The notes: generated by a model not told the origin, from the letters alone. DNA of 60,994 nucleotides from Ancylonema sp. (GCA_050230475.1 JBFLGF010000111.1:1-60994); one strand, 5' to 3'; positions 12,660 to 26,600 are shown, counted from the first letter of the stretch. A program made the numbers and translations.

Positions 12660-15600
12660 CTACCTCCGTTTATATACACAAGCCTTCAATGTCGGCCAAC
12701 TAATGGGTTGAGGGTCCTTCACAACAGCCTGCGAACACCATACCATGCACAGGAATTAGAACTTCTCTAGAACAAATACCTCTCTAGAATCAATACCTCT
12801 CTAGAATCAATACCTCTCTAGAATCAATACCTCTCTAGAATCAGTGCCTCTCTAACAATCATTTCTTGATGTTCATGCTTGCTAGCATGATAAGCCATGC
12901 TGTAATTATAACCATAGCCCTTTGTCACCACACGTGCGAAACTCTAAGAGCAACATTCTAGAGGGAAACCTTTTCATATGATTCGTTGCAAACAAAAAAC
13001 GATAATATGCAAGAGTATAATATATGTATGAAGTTGTCGGAGACATGAGTTCCGTTTACAGATTTGGTGCCATTACAGACGATGTGCCTATTTAGAGGGG
13101 TGACTCTAAAGAATGTTGACCAAGATCGAAAGTTTTCCTCACCTTCCTCTTTTGAAACACAAACAACATAAACATTTTGTTGCTCGTGTCCTGCCCATCC
13201 ACCAAATAAAAAACAAAAAACATGGCAGTCGCATAAATACAAACAAGCAAGGAAAACGAGCACAGCTTCTACTATACTATTATACATTCTTGTAGTTTAG
13301 CGAGCGTGATGCTCTTTTCGACCAATTAGAGATGAAATGACAACTAGGTATCGACGATCTCCATAAGGTCGAATGCTTCAATAACGAGGGATGTGTACCT
13401 TCACCCACGTGTGCCTTTCCCAAATTAAGTGGAAGCACTTTTGCAATATGAGGTGTTGCATGTATAGTGGTTGGTTGAAGTCCGCACGTGCACACGTATA
13501 CACACGTGTGTTCAAATGACTACACGTGTGTGGAGGTTCGCGGACACGTACAGGATCGTTCATAGTACAAGAACAAGAATGTCGCATCGTTATTGTGAAT
13601 TTAGCGTGCCTATCGTAATGATGAATCCGACTTGCGCAATGTTCTCTACCATGGGTGATAGTTGTACACTGTGGGAGTATAGGAAGGGGGATTCTTTTTT
13701 TCCAAATAAGAGGATGTACCTCTCGCAAGCTTTCTGTTATAACAAGAGCACCGGAAACAGGTTTGTGATACTCTATAGATATATAGAGGGGTATGGAAAT
13801 AAGAGAGTGAAAAATAATACATCATATGGATTACATATTGAGTTGAATATAGTATACTTGTTTATTATTACCTCAAAAATAATATACTTGTTTATTATTA
13901 CCTTGAATCCATAATGTATCAATTATTACCCTCACAAACATCACCCAAGATTAATTTGCACTACCTCCTCTTCCCCCCCTGTTCCTCTCCCCCCAACCCC
14001 CCCCACCCCCCCAACCCCTCCTTCGCCCCCTCACATGAGTGTCCAGATGAAACCCCAACGCCTTGATGGCCCTAACAAAGTCGTTAGGGCTCGCCCCCCC
14101 ATTCCCCGGATCCAACCGGCTCTTAACTGCCGCTATAACCAACCACCCCCGGCCCAGCCCCCCCCACCCCCGCCCCCTCCCCCATCCAATAAGTATGTAG
14201 TCCCAACTACATCAATGGGAGGAGGGGGGTGGGGGGAGGGGGAGGGAGGGCGGGGGAGGGGAGGGACCCTACTTGAGTTTGAGCACCCTTTGTGCTTCTA
14301 GAAGGTAGGCAGAATAGTCGACCCCCATAAGGGATAGGCAGAATACGGCACAATCCACGGAAACAGAATCGAGGGGGGTTTTTGCCATGTTGCAAGAAAT
14401 GACGTGGGGGTGGGAGGCTACAAGGTCGAGGGAGATAACCGGGTTGGGGGCGCGGGCGGCTAGGGTGGCCTCCCCTGGGAGGGTGGGGGGGGGGGGGTTC
14501 AATAAAACCTCGTTATAGGGACATGGGCTTTTTTGGATAGTGTATCCGAAACTATTGCAGGGAACATATGGTGTCTCTATGATGAGGGTAATTATAATAG
14601 GGTGTGACTATTGAGTGGACGCTTTTTGTAAGCACCTTTCCAGTAAAAGGGGAATTCGTGGTTGAATGCATGGAGGTACCTTGTTGGGGGTAAAACAAGA
14701 TTCATGATTATTTTCGATCTCGGATTTTGGTGGATTTTAAAGTAATGGTGTGTGCCTACAGGCAGGGATGCCGACTGTAATATAGATTGCTTTGTTAATA
14801 TACAAACATATTTAACTATCATATATTATGTCATCAATACAACATAACAATACTTTAAGTGTTTACAGTACATAAGTACAAAATCGTACAACATGTTATA
14901 GACTTGATAATATTTGAGGTGGTGTATCATAATCCGAAAGGGGGTTTGTGCGCTGTGGCAGTCACCGCAGCCGAAGTCTGCCACCACCAAGTTGGGGTTC
15001 TGGGTTTTAAGCCAATTGAGGATGGCATCCAGGGGGAGCTGCGGCCATTTGGACGTCTGCTTCTCGTAGCCCGCGTGGTAGAGGCGGAAAGAGTCTGGGC
15101 TTTTCTGGAACATTCCGAACGCTTCCTCGCCCCTGAAACCCTAAACACTCACCCTCAAATCTTAAACCCTAAACCTTATCTGCAAACCCAAAAAAAGGTA
15201 CAGGACCAAATATCCAGGACCGCAATAATTGCTACTGTAAAACCTGTCTAAAAGAATACTGTAAAAAAGAATAACCTCTCTAAAAGATTAGAAAATGCCC
15301 CCCCCCACGTCGGGGGAGTGCAAGTAATCCAGCTATCTAAGTAAATAAAACCTGTCTAAAATAATATTTTTTTTATCCCCCCCAACAGTATTCTTTTAGA
15401 CAGGCTTCACTGTACTATAACGGCGACTTCGGTTATTCCCAAGGTCCAATTAAGACCAGTATCTCATTCTTGAGATCAGACCTGAGATAACTTGGAGCTG
15501 AATATAAGTTTCTTCCTAGACCGGGTGTAACCGGTTCCGGTTACCTCAAGGTGTACAGGGCTTCATTCAGCATTCGGAAGTGACCTCCTTGGAGACGAGC

Positions 15601-16196
15601 TCGCATCTGGTGGGGAGCAGGAAAGAGAGACTAGGTTCAGTGAATCTACTGCGAGCCAGGGACGCGCCCAGGTAGTTGCGCCGGGGCGCAAGTACGGGAA
15701 AGGGTACATTGGTGCCGAAACAACAGACCTTACTCAGCACACCTGGCGCTCTGGGTTTCTCCGCTGCCGCTGGCGCTTTGCCACCTGGGATTTTGCCACC
15801 TGGAACCCCGGCTTTTCTGACTAGATGTCTCTCAGGACCACTCGAGGATTTGGCAGCCTTCGCATCCGGTTTCTTCTTTGGCCGTTCCCGTTTTTCGCGC
15901 ACCTTCTCCGACGCTTCCCCGTCATGATGACCTTTCTTGACCACCGGTGCCCGATTTTTTGCCACGTGACCACTTTCTGCCGCAGAGTCAGCTGGAGCGC
16001 CCGACTTCTGCCGCTTGGACGGACTCGGCGACGCGCTGACGTGGTCCTGCTGACGTCTCTTGGCCGACTTCGCCGCAAGAGGAGGCTCAGCATTGGGTTT
16101 CTCTGGCGCCGTACGACGCCTTGACTTAAGGAGGTCCGCTCGAAGAGCCTCGTGTGGACTCCGGGCAACACCTCCGCTGACTCTTATCGCTTCCAT
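12660..16196 (-). CDS. RRP8: Ribosomal RNA-processing protein 8 (25S rRNA m1A methyltransferase, Methyltransf_8 family), 7 exons
   Basis: Lys-rich N-terminus followed by exons encoding MRARLQGGHFRMLNEALYT, YHAGYEKQTSKWPQLPLD, VVADFGCGE, CNMAKTPL..VDCAVFCLSLMG, VKSRLDP, NKMFMLFVFQK, WPTLKACVYKRR-stop. Approximate exons 16196-15730, 15606-15545, 15133-14966, 14475-14273, 14149-14034, 13190-13143, 12728-12660. Confidence 0.95.
12764..12855. repeat. 17-bp minisatellite (TCTCTAGAATCAATACC, ~5 copies) in the last RRP8 intron
   Basis: Direct tandem copies visible. Confidence 0.9.
15235..15412. mobile_element. Tc1/mariner-type MITE in an RRP8 intron
   Basis: ~28-bp TIR (CTGTAAAACCTGTCTAAAAGAATACTGT / ACAGTATTCTTTTAGACAGGCTTCACTG), flanked by TA on both sides. 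Confidence 0.8.
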
Positions 16197-16333
16197 CTCC
16201 TCAATCTACGAATTTCGCCACCTACTTCAGTCTCATGTGCCTACGACTCCACGTGTCATTCCTGTGTTGCCCCAAACTATCGCCTTCGCGCCAACATTTT
16301 GTCGCACTTTCCGCTCCCTGCCCCTATTGAGAT

Positions 16334-17030
16334 TAGAGTGGGGGTAACCCTGAAATTATTTTCAGGGTTAAGTCGTAACCCTGAAATAACCCCTTTTAAC
16401 CCTGATTAACCCTGACAAACCCTGACAAACCCTGATTAACCCTGATTAACCCTGATTAACCCTAATTAACCCTGAATACCCTGAATAATCCCGATAACCC
16501 TGCTTAACCCTGATTAACCCTAGGGTTATTCACCCTAAAATACCTGTCAAAATTAATATGACGGAACCGAAACTTGTCCGATTTTTATCCGACTTGTGTC
16601 CGACTTGTCCGATTAAAAAAAAACGGACAAGTTATTAATTATTGGTTATTGACAGGTTATTGATTTGGACAGGTTATTAATTCACCCGAAATCGGGCGGA
16701 AGATCGGGTGGAAGAGTGTTAATAAATGTAGACAGGTTATTAATTGCTGCAATATAATTATAGACAGGTTTATCTGTACCTGGAAGTACCCGTCCCGCCC
16801 GCGGCGGCGGCGGCGGCGGCAAAATTACCCCTTCAATAACCCTGATTGACCCGTTTTAACCCTGATTACCCCTGATTAACCCTGATAACCCCAGGGTTAT
16901 CAGGTTAAATAAGGGTTAACCATTAACCTCGAGGTTTTAATCCTGTTTTGGGGAGGAGGGTTAAATTAGCTTATTAACCTCGAGATTAAGGGTTAAGGGT
17001 TATCAGGGTTAAGGGTTAACCCCCACTCTA
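16334..17030. mobile_element. hAT-type MITE with AACCCTGATT subterminal repeats
   Basis: TIR TAGAGTGGGGGT/ACCCCCACTCTA. 8-bp TSD ATTGAGAT/ATTGAAAT (7/8). Confidence 0.9.
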
Positions 17031-17158
17031 ATTGAAATACAGCTCTGGTGATGTGCACGCCTGACGGCAAGGTCCCATGTGTGCAATCATGAACTTAGCG
17101 TTTTCACGGATGACCGCCGTACGTGGAATGCACTTCATTTTGCTTCGTTTTACCAGTA

Positions 17159-17689
17159 CACTCAAACCCCGATATAAGAAAATTCGATATAAGAATCTCT
17201 CCTCGCTAAAATAAAAATGTTTGTCAAAATTATTTTTTCCCATTTAAAACTCCCTCGATATGAGCATAAGAAACTCCGATATAAGAAACAAAAACTTCCG
17301 ATCTTCAAGATTATGGGTTTCTTGTAGGCAGTAAAACCCCTCTAAATTATTATCTCCATAACAAAATATCCTTCATCAATTGATATTTCGGAATGTAATT
17401 TCTTCTCTTAGTTTCTCTCAACCGTGTGTAATTAATAATTTACGCGTAGAACGTGAGTGCAAATATTATCACGAAATCTTTTCAAGTCCACCGATTCAGG
17501 TATTGCATGTCCACATGTACAACAAATATTATCGCTCGCTCAAAGATGTGATGCCATGGATCCACGTGTCCAACCCTCGTTAAAAGAAACACCTTCGCGA
17601 GGTCTCCCGTATAAAGTTTATAATAATTATTCGCAATAAAAATCTTTTGCCCAAACATTTTTTGGGTTTCTTATATCGGGGTTAGAGTG
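17159..17689. mobile_element. Tc1/mariner-type MITE
   Basis: TIR CACTCAAACCCCGATATAAGAAA / TTTCTTATATCGGGGTTAGAGTG, TA flanks. A second family member lies at 53921-55544. Confidence 0.88.
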
Positions 17690-18847
17690 TACATTAAAGG
17701 TTTATACCGTTTCCAATATATACCCAACAAAAAATCGAGGGAAGGTGTAGTAACGATTTTTTTAACATAAATCATGTTAGAGCAAAAACGCGAAAAAAAA
17801 TAATTAGTTGGAGAATACTATGAAGAAAAAACGATGGGAACGAATAATGAACCATTTAAAACTACCTACCTACAAGAAAAATCAATAAAACACCAAGGTT
17901 CCGCACAGTCTAGGGGAAACAAGCAAACACAAGTAACGTTGCCAATGCAATCGACGTGAGCGGAGGGTGGGAAGGCAGTAAAGACGTACCCCGCTTCAAT
18001 TGCAACCTCGTAGCATCAATAGCATGAAAAACTATCACCTTGTAACCAACATTTTGTTACAGTCAATAGTTCCCAACGAAGTTTGAGTGCATTCAACAAT
18101 AGAAGTTCATTGAGCTCGTCGTTGTTCCATGATATGGCACTAATTTGGTCATTGATACGGCTTAACATTTGGTACAACAACATCCCAATTAACATGTTGA
18201 AAGACACGTTTTACCAAGAACGCACTGAACGCACCAAACGTTTTTCCTTATGCCTTGGCATTCCCCACACCCACAAATATCATAATATGAGTATATACAA
18301 GACCTAATTATCATTCATTAAAGCCTTCCAGATTTGCTATGGAGTGAAACTTATATCATATTCTCAAGATGAGTATTCCAATATAATGGTACTTTTTGTG
18401 TAAATTTCTAGTACTTATTTATATAAGTACTATATTTTTTTCTTTTTTTTTTTCTTTGTAGTAGCCTGTAGCAGATCCAAAGTGAGACCACATGATACCA
18501 CGAGACCTTTTCATGTGCCCATACCGCTTCACTAAACCCTCGAATCATGGATCCAAGTGTCCGAATTTCGTCACAAGAAACAAGTTCGCAAGGTTCTTCT
18601 ATTGTATTACAATTTCGGAAATATCCGTTTTAAGAAACATTACCACCAACTATTTCAGTATGAAAGTGTAACCTCTCTAAAGGAATACTATAGGGATCAC
18701 CAAAGAAAATTCATTTACACATGTTATTCCTTTAGACGGAGATGGTTCTTAACAGTTCGGATTTTGGGACCGGAGTATTATATTCCGTTAGAGAGGTTCC
18801 TACATACATTATTCCTTCAGATAGATTATAGTGTATACATCGTGACT

Positions 18848-19049
18848 CATAGTAGTACCAGGACGCTTTGCGGACCCGGACTTCGCGGACGCGTCCGCTA
18901 GTGGACGTCGTCCGGACGCGTCCGAAAATTCCCGGTGGACTTCCGAGTACTTGAAGATGTTTAGGTGTTTTAAATTTTTGTTCCTCACACCTCGTGGACG
19001 TATTCGAACGCGTCCGCAAATTGCTCCGACCCGTCCAGGTACTACTATG
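18848..19049. mobile_element. Small hAT-type MITE (202 bp)
   Basis: TIR CATAGTAGTACC/GGTACTACTATG. Perfect 8-bp TSD TCGTGACT. Internal GGACG/CGTCC repeats. Confidence 0.92.
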
Positions 19050-19960
19050 TCGTGACTTAACCTTATTGGGAATCCGAAATTCGACATGTATTCACACCTT
19101 GTGATATAACGTAGATGAATAGTGTGTGGCAACTTTTTTCATATAGGCAAGAACTTTACTCAATATACATGTTGAACCAAAATTGACGAACCAAACATGA
19201 TTGGGGGGGGGGGGGGGGGGGGAGATCAGTCTTTTCGAGACGTAGTGCATAAAATTGTAACGACAAACTTTTAAGAGAATAAAATGCCTAAATATAGTGT
19301 GACGTATATGATGTTACAAACACAGCCATTCGTACTTACGAATAAGTCCATAATTGAACCATCGACGATTTAAACCTTCCAGCATGTAGAGATAGTCGAG
19401 TATTTATTGAAGAAACATGGTGAATTTACTAGCTATGTGTTGACGAAGCCTCTACCTCTACATTCATTTCATTTGTTTAACGTGACACACTCTTCTCTTT
19501 TGTTTTTTACATCTCCCCTTCACAAAAATCCAGCCTTATTTATTGACTAGGCTTCACAAGGCCAAAAAAATGACCAAGAGGCACCTATATTTACCGCGAC
19601 ATTCCAACTCAACACCGTAGTCATGCTTTGCACGACAAGGAATCCATTTTTCTTTTCGTTTGAATCTTGTTGTGCCCAAAGTTGCATGCAAGTCACAAAT
19701 TTTGGCCTCAAAGAGAGAATCGGATTCTCTCTTTCTAACAATAACGAGCATACGTCTTGTTACATGCATACCAAAGTCTTCGACCGGGAGTGGATGAATT
19801 ATGGATTACGATTTGAGGATGAGCCGTTTTCTCCAAGAAGCATACGTCAACAATGTATTCTGGGCTAGTAATATATGTTGTCTACGCTCGTTGCTGAACT
19901 AACCGCAATCGGCTCCGTCGGCAAGAACTATTACGGTCGACGGAGGTAACACATTCTTTG

Positions 19961-22745
19961 TTACCGACATGATCTTGATAATTGAGATATGGGGATATGG
20001 TGGGTCAATGTGTCTAGTCGATACGTGCGTTCCGAAGCATATGAGACCCTGTCCTTGAGGTCCCACTTTTCTAGTGCTAGTTGGTGAAATGTTGATGGTG
20101 TGTCGTGTACGAAGGAAGATTATGTCGATACTCCCTCGTGTTGTGTTCAAGATTCTCACTTGTGCATCGATTGCTCGTTTGCATGCTCTTTGTTTTCGCC
20201 CAGCGTTGTTGAAGTCCATCTAGCCCAACCCTTTCAATGCCTTAAGTGCATCATCGAACTTTTGGCACGCAAATATGAATTAGATAAATTGATTGTATTT
20301 TTAATATTTAAATTAGGAGGGGCATTAGAAGTTTCTCAGGCACCGGTCGATTTCGGGGACTAAAATATATTGTCCAATTAATTCATATGCAAAACAACCA
20401 GGAAATTTCTCTGGTCATTCAACAAATCAGCAAAAACACGTCGCTAAATGTCCACCAATGAGTGCCTCATAATCGTAGAGTATTATCAGATTGCAAGCCT
20501 ACTTGCCAGGTTGACCAAGTCCTTTTCCACACCACAAAGCGATCTTTCCATCTCTTCCATAAGAGCCTTCTTGCTAGAGAGAATGATATCAAACTCAAGT
20601 CTTTGAGCTCGCACTCGATCTGGAAGCTCGGAGGCTTCTTTCTTGAAGTAACCGCCAAGCGGTGGTGCTTCAAGTCCACCTCTACCTTGACATGATGGCA
20701 CAACTTTCGGTGTATCAAGGGGCAATGCCAAGCCTTTAGTAACTTGCGTGGTGGGGGTCATCTTCTTTGACTGCTCGGACTCCAAAGTAGTAGGTTGAGG
20801 GTTGGGAATCACGCGTGGCACTTGAAAAATAAATTCGACACGATCTTCAACAGATTGGCTGTGCACAATACCACAAGAAAACGGAGGTCTTTGAATTAGG
20901 TAGAACGTGAGGAACCTCATAAAGATCAAATTTTCACAATGTCATACTACATAAATTCAACATAAAGATAAATGTTGAAACATGGTCTATCCTATCCCCC
21001 TACTGAGATATCATGCTGACCCTTATTGATGGATTTTCTCCACATTAAATAAGAATATGGCTCCAAAGTTCATTACCAGATATCTTTATCATATTCACTT
21101 ATCAATCATTCGTACAATCTTTGAGTGACTTGAAACATGACACGCGCACTTTGCCACCTATGGGAAGACGAGCTTTTTATAGAAGACGCAAGTGTCATAT
21201 TTTTACATACCGTGGAATTCGTTTCTCCGTGTCGCATGGGCCGATAACCAGTGATGACACACTATCCGCTAGCATATAAGGTGATTGGTCTAAGTGACCA
21301 GGTGAAAACAGATTCCGGAACTTTTGAAGGGCTCCCATGCCATGAAGAGGTTGCAAACTTGTCATAGGAACCGTTGGCTGAAAGTGCATGCCTCCTGTCA
21401 GAAAAAAACATGTGAAACGGAGCTGATCAAAGTGGGAGGAGGTCTGAGAAAAGCGTATGAGAAAAACGTATAAAGATACGCATAGGCGTGAACATCTCGA
21501 CGACAAAATCCTACCTTCTAGACGGAGAGACAAAGCATACGATGGACCGATAAGATAGTCTTACGAGCGATTGAAGCAGGGGTTGGGGGTTTCATCAAAT
21601 CAAGGTCCACATCCACGCCGAGGTCATTCGGTAAATGAAGAGGAACTCGCAATTTCTAAAAAACACAACCGAATATGCTGGGTAGTCACTGGTTGTCTGG
21701 ATAAAGTATCCGAAGATGGACGTTAAACAGGCTCCCACAAGTTTTTGTTTGCCAAAAAAGTAATTAGATCACAGGACTCAGGGCTCACGATACCTGAATA
21801 TTTTGCGACCTGAACTTCCGATCTCGAGTGCCAGCGCCTTCCCTCATGGATGTAAGCTCCACAAGACCTTCACCCTCGTGTCTACATACCAATATATGAA
21901 CGAATGTTTGAAAACCAGTAAAGCCAGTAGAATACAGACTAACGAGCTTGGCAATATAAAGCCATTGGATTTGGATCCGGCGTAACAACTGGCGTATTAT
22001 TTGCCAGGTTATTGACGACAGCTTTGATTTCCGATGCCTTCGCACTTCCGCTCACATGCCGGGTGAAGGTTCTTCATGAATTTTTAATCCATACCGACGC
22101 AACAACCATAAAAATGTATCGACCGTCGTTGAGCTTACTCTTTGTGGCCTCCCGAAAATCCTCGACAAGCATCATTTTGATATCCTTTGACATGTTGCGT
22201 GGGGCAAGGTTCAACACCATTTTTTGTGGTCAACGGACTGGAAAATCTGTTCTTCTTCTGCTTGCCTTGTAGGATTTTCTCCCACTGGTTCAGCTCCTGA
22301 GATATCAAAAGTGTACATATCGACGCTTTGCTGTTGAAATATAAAATTGAGGCCTGAAGGAGCCTATTACGCTGCAATAGCCTCGTAAACAGCTTCCATT
22401 GATTAAGATTGACCACGTCCAGATTATCTGCCACCGAAGAAGAAAGTGTAAAATGCAGTCATACTAACCGGCACTCTCTCCAGAATCTTCTCCGCGCTAT
22501 GCAAGGACCTGCGAGATGTTTATTGGAGGTGTAAGCGTTGATGTCCTCTTGCAGAAATCGAGAAAAGATGAATTCTTCAGATTATATATACTCAAAATGT
22601 TATTACTTATGTAACTTCTTTTGACGAAAAATTGCACTCGTCTTCCAGTTCACCTTTTCTTCCGGGGATTCTTCCCTTCATCGCCTGCTGGATCAGTAGA
22701 CCAATCCTGACTCACAGCGCCGGCACGAACAGGCATCGTTGCCAT
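19961..22745 (-). CDS. Hypothetical multi-exon protein of unknown function; exon model incomplete
   Basis: ATG at 22745 and several GT/AG-bounded open segments (e.g. ~22297-22137, ~21396-21211, ~20820-20503, the last with a helical-looking KKEASELPDRVRAQRLEFDIILSSKKALMEEMERSL). Not all phases could be reconciled and no family was recognised. Confidence 0.4.
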
Positions 22746-23639
22746 ATTTTCGAATCCGAGACATGAGACAAGGCGATCACGGTTCACGAAACGGAGGACC
22801 AAACATGGATTGCTTCCAGCAACAACACAGTATAGTTAGCTTCGTCTGCCATAAGAGAAGCGATTACGGCTTGAGAATATTATTGATAGCTGGGAAGAAA
22901 AGCTCGGTATTAATTAAGACAACGTATGTAAATAAAAGCACACGTAGAGGCGGTACCCGGAACTAATATTTGACGGTATGCTGATGTCTGGTACGTGTTC
23001 ATACCAAGCTCGATATTTTAATTCAGTTGAGAGATGACATATTTCGACGGTATCGATCGACTTTCGGTTTCAGTGCACAAAAATATTTCAGATTTATGAT
23101 TGGCACTCCCCGAAATTACGAAACGGTCGATTTAGGATTCACACCGGTTCGCCGACGTGAGCCACCGTGTGGGGGGTGGCCTCTCTGCGCACCTGCTGCG
23201 TCCTTTCAAACCGTTGCAACAAGGTGAGGGAACAGCCATGTCGTTCGGGCTGGAGGTCGCTTCCTATGATTCCATGTGTCATGCTGTTTGCGTAATGTTT
23301 GAGCTTCTGTGTTTCTTTCGGTTTACGGATTCAAATGTGACTTTCTAAACTATATAAAACCTCATTATTTTGATCCTTACGAGTTCAGCGGCTTGCTTTT
23401 TAATCGTCACAATCAACTGGTGATCGAAGTTTTGTTTTCATGTGCAGAGTCACGTATACGCACATGCGTCTATCGAACATTAGGCATGACAGGAAAGACT
23501 ACGCTGCCATAGTTAGTCTTTATGTTTTTTCCTGGTATCTCTCTAAAAATATTTAGTCATGAAGTATTCCAAGTCGCTGAAAACAAGTACCTAAAATTCC
23601 GGCAAGAATTCTGAAACCATCGACGGGGATACTACTCAA

Positions 23640-26600
23640 ATGGGCTTCTTCGGTGGACTTCTCGTCGGATGTCTCTTCGGTGTCACTATTTTCGCCCTCC
23701 TGAAGTTCTTCATGGGGGGGAGATCTCTTCAGCGGCAAAGAAGGGTATGGATCTAAAATCATGGATTTCGCCTTTCTGTTAGTTGTTGATTGATATAATG
23801 GGGCACAGAATACAACATCTGGTAGACGAGAGGAAAAGAGGAGGAGAGTTGGGAGCTAACTCTGACGAGCTAGATAAGAAGTGAGTGACTATAACGTCTT
23901 CTCTGGCTGGTTAGCGTTACGGCGCAACACTTCCTGCAGCTACCAGGTGGAGCCGTTTTCAACCATAAAATCATTAAAATGATGCAGTATTGAATGCATA
24001 TTACGCACGAATGTGACCGAAATGCACACGTGTAGTGGAAAATTGACGACTGGTGCATTCGGTCGATGCCATTACCGAAAGCCAAATCGCGAAACAGACG
24101 CTTCGTTTCAGGTCCGTCGCTTCGTTTCACTGAAAGCTGGCGTGTCACCCCTTGCCTTATAATCTGGTCGCAGCGATGGCTGGTGGCGAACATGGCCTGC
24201 GTTAATCTTTCCGCTCTCAAGTCCATTTGCGGAAATGAGCTTCCGAAATGGGTGTCGTTTCCAGAGTTCGAAAGGGTACGTCCATTGATTTCGGTGTCGA
24301 CACGTGAAGGCACATGAGAACCTGCACTCGATAATTCGTCAACTATAGCCAGCTTAAGGTTCATAATTAGGTTCAGATTTCGGTTCAAGTTTTAGGCAAA
24401 GACAATATCAATTCGTGAAACAATCACAACATAATAATTATCAAATGTACTAGACGCTGCCGTGCTAAAAAAATGCTTTAGATGCGACTCAATTTTGACA
24501 CATGAACGCGATTTACGCGGAACTTGGCACGTCGGTATTGGTGCTTTAAATTATTTAAGCGACTGGAGTGCAAGCGGACAGGTTCAGGTTCAGGTTCAGT
24601 ATCACGTTTTTTGGTGCCTATATCATGACGTTTTAAGTAATTGTCTTTCAGGTGAAGTGGCTGAACAAGGAAATAAAGAAGATCTGGCCGTTCCTTTCAA
24701 AGGTAAGAATCATTGTCTTTGGGATATACAAGAAGCTGACACGTATGAAATCAAGGCATGTGGCACTCGTTATAATCAGCAACGATAAATTAAAGGGCTG
24801 GTTATTTTATCAACATTTGGCATCCACTTACGTCCTTCGAACGCCCGTAATCAAATCCATTTTTTCGTCCGACCACGTTACCCACCCATTACTTCAAAGA
24901 CAACTTTTTTTTTTCTTCTTAGCGAGTGACACAAGCTATATTTCTAGAAACATCTATAGGAATATTTATAATAACAATACTAAAAAAATAATATGTTTCC
25001 ATGAAGACCGACTAATTCATAGAGCAAATACGGTTCCGGGTTTGCCATCACACGTGATAAGGTTCGCCATACTCACACGTGGTGCACGTGGTGCACGTGG
25101 TCATGTTCTCAAGGAAATGAAATTTATTCACTTAGTGTGCGTGGTCTCTTCTTTTAAAGTCCTCCAAACTAACGTCCTCCAAATTCACGGATGTGTCGGA
25201 ACCGAGTCTACAATCTTTCCCGGCCAAAAAGAAAATTGCCAATTCAATTGCATGACTAGTTCAATTGCATGACCAAATATTCACAGTCTTGACTAGTGCA
25301 CCCAGCCTTACTTTATAAATACGATTAAACGACCAAATTCGACGTGAGATGACTATATCGCAGCATAACCCCGATGCAAGAATTTTTGTCTCATGAAAAT
25401 TTTCGGTTTTCATTTTCGGTTGTTATTTTTTTCGTCACTATTTGGTGGCGGTACAACATAATTTGTATACAAATTATCAGGTTCCTTATTTTTCTATTTG
25501 AATCACGTCGATAAGTAATGGTTTGTATGACCGAAATTCAAAGTACCAGCTTATTAGAGGTCTCTCACGATCCGCAGGCGGTGGCGACGGTGGTACGGGA
25601 GGCGATAGAGCCACAACTAGAGCAATACCGTCCGTTGGGAGTCACATCATTAAAGTTGAAAAAGTTGAATCTTGGACGGGTACCTCCGCAAATTGGAGGA
25701 TAGAAATCGTTGCACAAACCATAAGCCAAATGATCGGAATAGGTCGATTTTATGTGTTTGTTGGCCGATTGTTTCTTTGTGTTGGTCGCCGATACATGGA
25801 AGCGGAAGCACACAAATGTTTGTATGCTTTGGTGCACAACCTTCGACTAATATTTATGCGTGAGTTTGTGCGGCATGGATAAATCGGTGATAATTCAAAA
25901 AGTGGTCGATTGTAACAATGCTATATGCATTCTCGGAGTTTCAAAACTAGTTCAATACTAATTCTTCCGTTCTCAATTTCGGACAATACCCCGGCACAAA
26001 CCTTGGTGTTTTTTTTTCTTTGGGAAGTTTCCAACCACGCCTCTCTAATTCGTTTCCGCACGTGTAGGCGTTCGTTTTCACAAGGAGAAGTCTGGCCAGT
26101 TGATTCTCGATCTCGATCTTAAGTGGACGGGCGATCCTAGCATTATTCTGAACGTGGCCACGTTGGCAGTGTCGGTGCCGGTCCAGGTCAGCATTCGCAT
26201 ATTTGTTTGCCAAAGACTAAAGGTTGAAAATAAATCACATCGATATGCATGACTCGCCTATCGCCTTATGCCCGAATCACGTGAAAATAAACTTTCAAAT
26301 CCCTAGTGTCTCATGGAGGTCAAGATGCGCGATATATGTTTGCGACATGTCGGCGTCGATATGGGACACGAAGACGAAACAATCGATCGTGAGGCCGATT
26401 TCGCCAATACTTTTGTGGATTTGACACGAATACCATTGTGTCGCTTTGCATACATTCCTTTGGCGCAATTCAGTTGAAGAACCTAAAAGTGGCGACTACG
26501 ATGCGCCTCATTCTTCAAATAACGCCCGAAGCCCCCTGTGTGGCTGCCGTGGTCATAGCCCTTCTAGACAAGGTAAGTGCGATTAGATTCCCAAATAATT

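Noticed and set aside
15130..15180. Telo-box AAACCCTA motifs in RRP8
   Set aside because: Located at the 3' end of an internal intron rather than the promoter; similar motifs occur in other introns.
16380..17030. Telomere-like or CRISPR-like AACCCTGATT arrays
   Set aside because: Lie within a TIR/TSD-bounded MITE. No unique spacers and not TTTAGGG arrays.
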